Assembly: GCF_963921235.1 (NCBI RefSeq)
Contig: NC_086108.1
Coordinates: 69,752,001-69,816,000 of the forward strand
Direction: 5' to 3'
DNA from: Mobula hypostoma
Lineage: Eukaryota
DNA length: 64,000 nucleotides
In this document: positions 14,041 to 25,140 of the stretch, piece after piece
Layout: the number at the start of each line of letters is the position of its first letter
Numbering within the stretch: position 1 is the first letter of the stretch
Translations under genes and position numbers: made by a program
The notes under the pieces: model-generated
The model's database searches: none
Told to the model about the DNA's origin: nothing
What the model saw: only the letters and a program-made list of their open reading frames with translations

Positions 14041-14060
14041 TGGCATAGTCGGGAGGATTC
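14041..14060 (+). promoter_or_regulatory. ERV primer-binding site (tRNA-Ser)
   Basis: tggcatagtcgggaggattc versus TGGCGTAGTCGGCAGGATTC, the complement of the vertebrate tRNA-Ser 3' end as remembered; 2 mismatches. Confidence 0.8.
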
Positions 14061-14314
14061 TGAAGTTTAGGACTCAGAACATTTGAAGACAAAGGGGCAG
14101 TTTTTGACACCCAAACAAAAGGGTAAGAACTTCCACTCTTCCTCTGTTGCCTGAGAGAAAAATGGGTTCTGCTTTCGGATATCAGATGGAAATTAGGATT
14201 GAGCACTGCTGCATTGCTATTTAAAAGGGAACAAGAAAATATCGGTTGCAAACTACTCAGCTGTAACTTATTCAGTTACGATCTACTTCAGTCGTACAAC
14301 TATCTATTTCGGTA

Positions 14315-15854
14315 CAGGTTTCCCCCGCCATCCGAAGGTAGAGCATTCCTATGAAACGGTTCGTAAGCCGAAATGTCGTAAAGTGAAAAAGCAATTACTA
14401 TTTACTTACATGGGAAAATTTTGTGAGAGTTCGCAGACCCAAAAATAACCTACCAAATCATGCCAAATAACACATAAGACCTAAAATAACAGTAACATAT
14501 AGTAAAAGCAGGAATGATACACAGCCTATATAAAGTAGAAATATATTTCCACAATCATTACTGAACTGTTCTCCGTAGCAAAAATCTCACGCAAGCGCCG
14601 TTGGCAGAAAATCTCACGCAAGCGCTGTTGGCAAGAACATTCTCTCCAATAACCTTTAAGCTATGAAGCTGCCAAATCATATCAAATAACACGTAAAAAT
14701 ACACAGCCAATATAAAGTAGAAATAATGTATGTACAGTGTAGTATCACTTACTGGAATTGGGAAGACAGCGCCGAGCACACTGATGATGGTGTGTTTGAC
14801 TGAGTCGTCGCAGGCTGGGTCGTGCAGTGGCCCCCACCCTCTGATACATTGCCGTGAAGCACGCAGGGATCCAGCGGTAGCTGGGAGGCATCCAGCACAT
14901 CTTTAAGAAAAAAGCCGAAACAAACATGCTAATTAATTAGGTGCTGCTGGGCATGTAATTGTTGGCCCAGATCAGTGCCAATTGCATCGCCTTTGATCTG
15001 GGCCGACAATTACGTGTTGGCGGCACCTAATTAATTAGCATGTTTATTTCGACTTTTTTCTTAAAGATGTTCTATGTGCCTCCCAGCTACCGTTGCATTC
15101 TCCGCGAATCGATATCTGTCCGTGGCCTGGTGTTTGGGGTGGTGGGACACTGGGGTGTCATCTTGTCGTCTGTTTCCATTAGAGCAGGCAGCTCATCTTC
15201 GATGCCCACCTCGATGTCGAAGGTCGAGGTTCGTCGTCTGCTGTGGCTGATGTGGAAGGCTTGCTTGACTGCTGAGCCTCGCGCATTTTTCTATCACACA
15301 GTTCTTTAATAAGGACTCAAACCATCCTGCAAATATCCCCTAAACCGACATACCCTTTCAAAATTAAAGTCGTACTTTATCGTTACTCATCAGTTTCGAT
15401 TGTTATCCTTTTTTCTTCCAATTGCATCAGCTCTTCATCTGTCAGTTCTTGGTTGTGGGATGCCAAACCTCTTCAACATCATGTTTGTCAGCTTCCACAA
15501 GCCAAACTCATTTTGTCCTTACTTCGTTCACCACGATCAAAACGCTTAATTATGTCTAGTTTTACACTAAGTGTAACACCCTTACGAGCTCTTTTAGGCT
15601 TTTCCGATACCATAGAACTCATCTTGCAAACGGCTGTTCACAGGCTCATGTTAAAGCAATGCTGTTTCGAATCCCGGGCAGAGCGGCTGCTTGGGGCGCG
15701 TGCTGCCTTTTATCGCGCGCTGATTTTTTATTGCACACTGCTTTTTTTCATAACAGTGAAAACACCTTCTGAAAGCGAAAACAGGGTACTAATGTAGGTC
15801 TTTCGTAACAGTGAGGTTTCGTACAGCGAACATTCGAAAAGCGGGGGACACCTG
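14315..15854 (-). mobile_element. Tigger/pogo-like internally deleted DNA transposon inserted in the ERV leader/gag
   Basis: TIRs caggtttcccccgc / gcgggggacacctg; TA TSD; N-terminal HTH remnant RARKGVTLSVKLDIIKRFDRGE joined to an acidic C-terminal remnant. Confidence 0.85.
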
Positions 15855-16559
15855 TACCTAGTAAAAATATTGGTTCTGTATTCTATTTGGTTGCTGGGTC
15901 AATCAATTTGGTTACAATTATTAAGATTTTGAGATTGCGGTCAAAGTGATGAAAAGTACATACAAATTAAGATCGATTCAAAACAATGGCCAAAGTTGTG
16001 GAACAGACTAAAAGCCCTTACCTGAATAAAATATCTGTTTGATATAGTTTACCAACAATATTATGTTTATTAACAATGATAGAGACAGTTTAAAGAGTCT
16101 AAAGAGCAAATAATTGCATTAAGCAAGCAAGCGAAAGAACAACACAGTAATTTATTTGAAGTGCATTATGCAGAGCTCGGATGCAAACTAAAACAAGCTG
16201 AGAAAGCTCAGCCATGACTTCAAGTGCATGACTCTGCAAGTGCGCTGCTAGTGATGTTATTGCTGGTAGTCCACTCTGGGAAACACCAACTTCTGAAGCT
16301 GTGTCGAGGAATTGCAGCCCACATCAAACAGCCCCCAGAGACAGCGACACTATCTAAGCACCGAGGAATTACTGCTGACAGTGGACAGTCTCCTGAGACA
16401 GTGATACCATCTGAACTCCAAAGAATTACAGAATGAACATGGCATGGATTCTACAGCACCCCTAGTGACTTGAGTAAGACCGATAGTGATAGAACAATAG
16501 GATGGACAGCTATGTCACAGCCTTCTCCAATAAAGATCAGGAGAGTGATGACACACAGG

Positions 16560-18900
16560 ACTGAAGCTTAAACCATTGTTAATCAATGTATTGATCCATC
16601 AACTGTTTTCAATGTCCTGAGGCCATCGCATCAGTTGATTACAATTATTGATGTGCCCAGTGGATTCTCGTCACTAGCACCTGAATGTCAACTGTGATTG
16701 ACTTTTACAGTTGATTGTCAACAATACCAGTGGGCAAGGTAACCACAAGGGCTCCACAACAGTCCCACTGTCTTATCGTTTGAGAGATTTGGCAGCCATT
16801 GATTTGACTATTATATAATACGTGGCTAATGTCCTGATTGCATCTGAAGCTGCAGACCAGCATGAACGAGATATGCTTTATTTGCTCTATTATCTATTCT
16901 CCAAAGATCCCAAAGCAAATCTACATGAGGCACAATTGCAACAAGAGGAAGTAATTTGCCTGGGTCAGAAAATTTCCCAAGGTAGGCAGGAAATCACTGA
17001 GAATCTTGCAAAAGCCTATAGGTCAGCAAAACCTCCTACAACAGTACAGCAAGTCCGATCACTTCTGGGTTTGTGTAGCTGCAACAGACCATGAGTTGAT
17101 CTGTATGCCCAACTGCTCAACAATCTATGAAGGCCAGTAAGTGCTCAGATGACCCTAGTAGTTTTAATGACGAACGAGTGGAAACGTTTCAAACTTTAAA
17201 GGTGATATTGTGCACTGCTTCTGCATGGGGAGTTCTTGATACAGTTAATTTACCTCAGCTGTCAATGAGAAACATGTGAAGGCAGTCTTACGTCAACAAC
17301 AGTTTCCTGTTGGTTATTACTCTGCCAAAGATTTGTACACTGGCTCCTCAATGATTGAGAGAGGAATTTGAATGATAGTTTCTGAAACTGAAATGCTGCC
17401 ATGAGGAAGCATGGCTCCTGGTGTCTCTGTTTGACAGGCAGAGTGGAAAGCTTTGATTGAAGCCTGTTAAGTTGGTAGAAGGAAGATCAGTTAATATAAA
17501 CTGATTCTCAATATGCTTTTGGAGTTTTTCATGATTTTAGAAACTTATGGAGGCAGAGGATTTCTTAAGGCTGTAGGAACTCCAATCAAGAATGGCCAAC
17601 TAGTATAAGAACTTACTGATGTCATACAGCTGCCCTCAGAAGTTGCTGTATTGAAATGTAAAAACCACTCCAAAATGACCACAATGGAAAGCTCTAGAAA
17701 TGCATTTGCAGATGAACTTGTAAAAAGGACAGCTTAGGAAGGAGTGAAAGTAGACCCAGGAAGGTGTACAGTGAATCTGACAACTGGAATTAAGGAAACA
17801 ATTTTGAATTCTGTATCACAGACGAACATACAGATATCTGAGAGTTGCAAGATCAGTGCTCCTGATAGGGAAAGTGGTTCTGGATGGAGAATGGTGGGAT
17901 GTTGTAGCCCCAGCTAAGTTGCTTCCTTATCAGGCACAGCAAATACACTCCTTAGGATCCATTAGAATGGAAAAGATGACCGACAGATTCTCCCAACGAT
18001 GTTGGAATCCAAAGCTAAGGGCACAGCTTTGACCAATGCTTGAAAGGTGCATGACATGCCAAAAAATAAATCCTGGAGCAATGGGGAAAAACTACCACAA
18101 TTAAGGGTTCTTGCCCTATCTGGTCTATTTTTACACTTACAAGTGGACTACATTTTACCAAAGTGTCAAGGATACTGAGATGTACTGGTAATAGTGGACA
18201 AGTTTTCAAGATGGGTGGAAGCTATTCCAGCAAGAAAAAGCCCCTACCACACATATAGCAGAAACTCTAAACAAAGATTATATTCGTAAATGAGGAATTG
18301 CCATGTCACGTCGGCTCTGACCAAGGAATACACTTCATTGGAGCTGTTTGTCAGGAATTATGTCAACTGATGAACATTGAATAGTCTCACTGTCCACATC
18401 ACCCACAGTCATCAGGACAAGTGGAACAAATGAATAAAACCAACAACAGCGATTGACTAAGTATCATGAGGAAGGTGTACCATGGCCTATGGCTCTTCCT
18501 ATGGTCTTAAGTAGCATCAGAGCAACCCCAAACAAGAAAACTAAGCAGAGTCCACTCGAGGTGGTAACAGGGTGTCCTGTGTCATTCCAGGAGCCCTCAA
18601 TCTCAGAGCGGCTGATATACTCATAGCAGACAATTTAGTTAACTGTTTTGTGAAATTAACCCAAACTGTCCAGTCTTCTCAACAGATTTCTGCTGTTTGG
18701 AGTGAAACAAACAGAAGGGACACACCCTGAATCCTGATGAGTGGGTCCTGATTAAGAAACCACTTTAGGAACCATTGGGAACTGGATGGAAACGTCCTTA
18801 TCAAGTGCTGTTAATTACTAACTCAGTGCAGATGGTAGAAGGTAAAAGTAAGTGGATACACACCAGCCGCTGCAAGAAAGCTAAAGTGGCACCCATTGAG
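16560..18900 (+). pseudogene. pol: ERV pol remnant (RT, RNase H, integrase)
   Basis: TIIDVPSGF (16641), QYQWAR*PQGLHNSPT (16722), YVANVLIAS (degenerate YVDD, about 16819), TDSQYAFGVFHDF (about 17500), LQVDYI (18137), VDKFSRWVEA, PQSSGQVEQMNK (18403), PYQVLL, WIHTSRCKK; many stops and frameshifts. Confidence 0.9.
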
Positions 18901-19019
18901 GACAAGTGCTGTGGTTGTTGTGCTTATAAAATCTAGGCCATAGTGCCTACACTGCTGGGCTACAGTGAGCAAATTACAAACCAGCCAGAAGACTACAACC
19001 AAGTTAACAACTACTAGAC

Positions 19020-20100
19020 ATAATGAAATTTATTCTAATATGATTTGTTGTTGTATTTTTGCTAATTTTCCCCACATAATGTGCCAGTAGAGATGACTCA
19101 TAATATGTACTTGCAGGTATCACATGAATTTGCTGATGTTGTTAACGACTTTAGCTGTTGGGTATGTCAATATATTTTGCACACTTCACCAATGCTAAGC
19201 ATTCCGGCAGATTTAGAACAAACATGCACCCTCTTTGTTAAATGTTCCAGCAATGGTGATGTTGACATTATGCCTATGATTCATTATTCTCAAGTAAGAC
19301 ACAAATATACAACGGTCATGCCCCCACATACAGTCTTGGATCATTTACAATATGTAAAAATAATCAGCATGATTTGGGGAATATCATATCTAATCCTATT
19401 CATGTCTTATCCTGGGATATATCCACATTGAATATTCATAACAATATAAATATTTTCATGTGTTTACTATAAAAGCTACCTTTTACTTGAGTTCAGAAGG
19501 TACCATTCCTGTAGGGCATAATTTATGCAATTACACTCTATATTGTCCTAAATAGAGTAATGACTCTGGAATTTTCATTGATGATCAGAAAATTATTACA
19601 ATTCAACAGCACTCCTGTCAAGTAATAATAAATGATCTAAGTTCATGGAACAATGTGTACTTTGTGTGGAAATGGAGCCTGCACCTCTCTTCCACATAAC
19701 TGGTTGGCATTTTGTTATTCAGGCTATGTTTTTCCTGACATGAGGTATACACACACTTTACCTCCCTAGTCTAGAAGTAAATGAGATACTTCAGAAAGAG
19801 ATGGTTTTGCATTGATTTTATTTACATGTTATGGTGTTGCAAGGAGTATAGGAGAGATTTAAAATGTTGTTGCAGCTTTAGAAAGAGCACACAATGACTC
19901 CTCTGAAGTCTTGGGAAAAGTAACAGAAATAGTCACTATGCATAAGATGGTTCTTCAAAATCGTATGGCATTAGATCTTCTCTTAGCAGTTCAAAGGGAA
20001 ACGTGCAGTGATAAGCAAGGAGTGTTGTATTTGCATACCTGACAAATAATTTGGCTGATAATATTCATAAAGAAGCAGCTAAAGTACATCAATATGATAT
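19020..20100 (+). pseudogene. env: ERV env remnant (gamma-type envelope)
   Basis: CWVC at 19156; immunosuppressive-domain LQNRMALDLLLA at 19953 followed by a frameshifted TC..VISKECCICIPD (CX6CC-like) motif. Confidence 0.85.
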
Positions 20101-20512
20101 TAACAAAATATTTCAAACTCGCATGTGTGCCTACAAATCTGCCTAACCATGACATAATCCTATAAATACCTTGGGAAAATATATACCTTCTGATATTTCA
20201 TAACTTAAGTCATGACATAATTTCAGTAATAAAATGAGGGAAAGCCACTAAACTTCATTCGTCCCTTTACTGAACTATTTCCAAAATCTATGGACTCTTC
20301 ATCTCATGTTCTCGATATTTATTGTTATTGTTATTTTGTTCTTTTGTATCGCACAGTTTGTTGTCTTTTGCACATTGGTTGTTTCTGTTCTGTTGGGGGT
20401 AGTCTTTCATTGATTCTGTTGTGTTTCTTGTATTTACTGTGAATGCCTGCAAGAAAATGATTCTCAGCGTTGTATATAGTAGTATGTATGTACTTGAAGT
20501 AGCTTTTGATTG

Positions 20513-21168
20513 CAGTGAATCCCGGTTAATTGGGCTATCACTTTATCGGGGAAGCTGCTTATTTGGGCCAGCTCTTAAAGCACAAAGACTAATCAAGAAA
20601 GTTGCCGGATTTCCTTCATTTATTTGGGACACTCTGCTGCTTAATTGAGACAGGAGACTGTTACCACTTTCGAACTAGTGTTAGACACTGCACCATTTTT
20701 ATATCCTGTCAGTTGAGTATGCTTATATCAAAAAGCAGTGATGTCTGTCACTGATAGTTGCCAAGAAATAAGCAGTAAGACAATTCAGAACCAGATTGCT
20801 CACTGCGGATTCAAACATTCAGACTTGGAGATGCCAGAAATTGCTGAGAGTGAAAATGAAAATTATTTCATTCCTTCAAATTGGGAACTATAAAGAATCT
20901 GAAGGTATGAACAATCATCTTAAATGTTACAATGAAAATATAGATTTGAAGGATGCAATCATTAATAGTATTGTTTGAAGACAGTCCATTATTTACATGA
21001 GGTGTCTGCACTGATTTTGTTTGAGGCAGTGTACGCTGAATTGCTCCTGTGGTTTATTTAATATACCTTTTTAACTATTTCCATTAAACTTTAACTAATT
21101 GCAGCAGCTTGTTTAATTGAGCCAAAGTGTACTGGTGCTTATGTGTCCCAATTAACTGGAATCCACTC
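20513..21168. mobile_element. Tigger-like MITE inside the ERV, preceded by a LINE 3' tail fragment (about 20285-20500)
   Basis: TIRs cagtgaatcccggttaattggg / cccaattaactggaatccactc followed by TA. Confidence 0.7.
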
Positions 21169-21263
21169 TATTTTATACTTAATGTCAATACCACAAGTTT
21201 TTCTGCCACTGAATTTTCAGATGTAATGATTCTAAATGTGTGATTCAGAATCAAAGGGGGTAT

Positions 21264-22630
21264 TGTTGGAGCTGATTGTTTCATTCTTGTTGTTTAATTG
21301 ATATTTTCTTTGCAGTTTAACAATTTAATATTGGCTAGTGTTTTATGTAATTACTTGTATACAAGTAACTGCTCGCTCTGCTTCCTTGTCGTATCCAAGT
21401 ACCTGTATGTGTTTAATATGCCTCTAGTGGTTAAACAAAGTGCAATTTTGGAAAGCTCTGTAGGCTTCTCTAGTGCATTGTTTGAATAATGACTTTCTCA
21501 TTGGTTAATTCTATCTATAAATTTGAATGGAATTTTTCCCTATCTGTGGGTATAAAATAGCAAAGCACAAAGCAGCACCATCTTCTCTTAAACATGAGGA
21601 AATCTACAGATGCTGGAATTTCAAGCAACACACGTAAAAGTTGCTGGTGAATGCAGGACAGGCCAGGCAGCATCTCTAGGAAGAGGTACAATCGACGTTT
21701 CGGGCCGAGACCCGTCGTCAGGACTAACTGAAAGAAGAGCTAGTAAGAGATTTGAGAGGGGAGGGGGAGATCCAAAATGATAGGATAAAACAGGAGGGGA
21801 AGGGATGGAGCCAAGAGCTGGACAGTTGATTGGCAAAAGGGATATGAGAGGATCATGGGACAGGAGGCCTAGGGAAAAAGAAGGAAAAGGGGGAGGGGGG
21901 AAGCCCAGAGGATGGGCAAGGGGTATAGTAAGAGGGACAGAGGTGAGAAAAAGGAGAGAGAGAAAAAGAAAGTGTGTATATAAATAAATAACGGATGGGG
22001 TACGAGGGGGAGGTGGGGCATTAGTGCAAGTTTGAGAAGTCAATGTTCATGCCATCAGGTTGGAGGCTACCCAGACGGAATATAAGGTGTTGTTTCTCCA
22101 ACCTGAGTGTGGCTTCATCTTTACAGTAGAGGAGGCCGTGGATAGACATATCAGAATGGGAATGGGACGTGGAATTAAAATGTGTGGCCACTGGGAGATC
22201 CTGCTTTCTCTGGCGGACAGAGCGTAGGTGTTCAGTTTCGCCAATCACCTGTCCAGCTGTTGGCTCCACCCCTCCCCCTCCTGTCTTCTCCTATCATTTC
22301 AGATCTCCCCCTCCCCCTCCCACTTTCAAATCTCTTACTAGCTCTTCTTTCAGTTAGTCCTGAAGAAGGGTCTTGGCCGGAAATGTCGACTGTACCTCTT
22401 CTTAAAGATGCTGCCTGGCCTGCTGCGTTCACCAGCAACTTTTATGTGTGTTGCCATCTTCTCTGAGTTCTTTTATCTCCCTCTTTGCTTAGTAGACATC
22501 TATCAATGTCTGTTCTGTCCCTGTTTTCTTTGTTCTATAAACCCTTAATAAAACAATCATGAAGCATTAAGTTTTGTGCCTTTTTCCTGACTTCTGAAAG
22601 AACCTTTGATTACAACGTAAGAATACAATA
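21264..22630 (+). repeat. ERV 3' LTR, interrupted by a Penelope-like element
   Basis: Preceded by PPT aaaggggg (21253-21260); starts TGTTGGA; TATAAAA at 21551; AATAAA at 22547; ends gaatacaata. Confidence 0.85.
21589..22453 (-). mobile_element. Penelope-like element fragment with inverted terminal repeat
   Basis: GIY-YIG C-terminal EHLRSV..VATHFN..RLGSLQPDGMN on the minus strand plus an inverted copy of the terminal repeat; TSD ccatcttctct (21578-21588, 22454-22464). Confidence 0.9.
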
Positions 22631-24464
22631 ACTCAGGCAATATCAACTGCATTTCCATCACCAAATAATTAGATGGTCCAGAATCTTCTCCTAGTCTGTT
22701 GGTCTACATGGTAAATCCAAACTCAGTTTATATGCATCTGTCACTGTCAACTTGATGGTAATAGCCAACACTGTTTTCAGGGGCAAGGTCTTGGGTGTGG
22801 AAATACTGTTGGACTATTGTAATGGACAACTCTCGAGGTTGTGGAGTCTATTATAACAGCTACTTGAAAAAGAATCCAAACTCAGTATCTTTCAGTATCT
22901 CAGTTTATATATTTCCTTGAGACCTAGAAGGAGGTAATTTGGACCATTGACTTTCCCAGCTCTCCAAGCATCAATTCCATGTTTCCCTGTGACCCCTCTC
23001 CAATGTCCATTAACCTCTAGTGAGTCTCCTGTCATCTACATACACCAGACATTTAACCAGCAGCTTTCCTAGCAAGAAACAGGAGCACCTAAGGAAACCC
23101 ACATTGAAAATGAACAAATTGCACAATGACCCCACCCCAAAAAAAATTATAATTGAATTTGAGTCACTGTAGCAGAGTGAAATTAAAGACTGTGTGAAAT
23201 CAAGCATACCTTTTTTCTAATTAGCATCTTAATTTATTCCTGTTGAATTTGTTGAAGATTTTGAAAGAGTTTATGCAGAACTGCATTTGTGAAATTTGTA
23301 GTCCGTTTAATTGTAGGAAGATTTAGAGATGAGGCAGAACCTGCTGTTCATTACTTTGTAATTTCTCAGCTTAGCTGTTGATGGGAATGCACTAACTTGG
23401 CTCTATCATGAATTCTGGGGTGTTCTTACAAGTGCACATGAAAGACCTTCCATGCACATCATCCTTTCAAGGTTTTACTCTACACAAACCAAGGTTGTGT
23501 TTTCTGTAACTTTCAAGGTTAAAATTCAAAGTAAATTTATTATCAAAGTATGTGTAGTATATATTACTATATATAACCCCAAGATTAGTTCCCTTGCAGG
23601 CATACTCAGTAAATCCACAAAACATAATAGAATCAGTGAAAGACTACACCCAAAAGGACAACCAACCAATGTGCAAAAGACACCAAACTTTGCAAATACA
23701 AAAGAAAAAATAAATCGATAAACAATAAATATTGAGAACATGAGATGAAGAGTCTTTGAAAGTGAGTCCATTGGTTGTGGGAACAGTTCAGTGAAAGGTT
23801 GGTTTGACTGAAGCCTTTAATGTATTAAGACAAACCACAGTGATAAACATGAATTATTTTTGATTTAGGAAGTATGGTCGAAAGACAAGAGCATGGCCTT
23901 GCAGAAAAAGATAATATTGTGTCACTTCTATAGTAGGTTGAAAGTTTTTTAACCAACTGCATTAGAACTAGGAGCAGGAGTAAGCTATCTGGCTAGTTAA
24001 GCCTGAAATGCCATTCAATAAGATCATGGTTGAACTGGCCATGAACTCGGCTCCACCTTCTCGTCTTTCCCCATACCCTTAATTCATGCATTATGCAAAA
24101 ATCTATTTAACTGTGCCTTAAATATTGATGTAGCTCATACTGCTGCCTTGGGCTACCTCAATAAATATATTTTTCCTAATCTCTGTCCTAAATTCTGCTC
24201 TATCTTGAAGCCATGTCCCCAATTAAAGGGAGGTAACCCCAGAATCAGTATTTGAAGTGAGGTTAGCTGTGATGTCATTGAGTGACAGAAGGCTCAAGCA
24301 GGCTAATTGCTTTGTTATGTTCCTCTGCTCTCCATTCCTGTGTTTTCTAGGGCAAATCAGGCCTATTATGGCTCTTTGACAAAGTACTAATGCTCAGATC
24401 CACACCTTGTTTTGTATTTATCCCCTCAAAGGTAATCAAATACCTGTTAAATTCTTATTTAATA

Positions 24465-25140
24465 TGATTTAGATTAGATTATGAGAACACTCAGTCCTCT
24501 GTGGTCATTTAGAAATGCATACATGCATTAAGAAATGATACATTATTTCTCCAGACTGATATCACAGAAAACAGGACAGACCAAAGACTAACACTGACAG
24601 AACCACATAATTATAACATATAGTTACAGCAGTGCAAAGCAATACCATAATTTGATAAAGAACAGACCATGGGCACAGTAAAAAAAAAGTCTCAAAGTCC
24701 CGAGTCGATCGACTCCCTAATCTCTGATAGCAGGCGGCAAAAGGGAGAAACTCCCTGCCATAAACTTCCAGGCACCGTCAACTTGGAAGCAGCCGATCCC
24801 AGCCGACCCTGAGTCCATCCGTCCGAAAACTCCGAGCTTCCGAGCAGCCTCTCCGTTACCACCTCCTGAACGCCATCCTCTGCCGAGCGCCTTCGACCTC
24901 TGCCCGGCTGCTGAAACACGCAAAGCCGAGGATTTCGGGGCCTTCAGCTCCGGAGATTCCGGTTTCCACACAGTAGCAGCGGCAGCAAAGCAGCATTTCA
25001 GAAGTTTTCCATATGTTCCGCTGTGCTGTCACGCCTGTCTCCATCAAATCAGGATTGTGCACGGTCCCCTACTTGACAGATAACAGATATTCATCACTGA
25101 AGTGGCCGCGCGTACTGCCATCGCTCCGCCATCTTCTCCC
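24465..25140 (-). mobile_element. Non-autonomous retroelement of about 670 bp with a (TAATC)n tail
   Basis: Homologous to 37259-37920 and 38311-38660; the minus strand starts GGAGAAGATGGCGG and ends ataatctaatcta. Confidence 0.75.

Larger units (their letters stand above)
13536..22630 (+). mobile_element. Endogenous retrovirus, class I (gamma/epsilon-like), degenerate provirus
   Basis: Two homologous LTRs, PBS, PPT, RT/RNase H/integrase and env remnants; flanks attc / actc consistent with a 4-bp TSD with one mismatch. Confidence 0.9.

Noticed and set aside
19020..20100. Possible co-opted (syncytin-like) env gene
   Set aside because: Multiple stops and frameshifts; no continuous ORF and no clear transmembrane anchor
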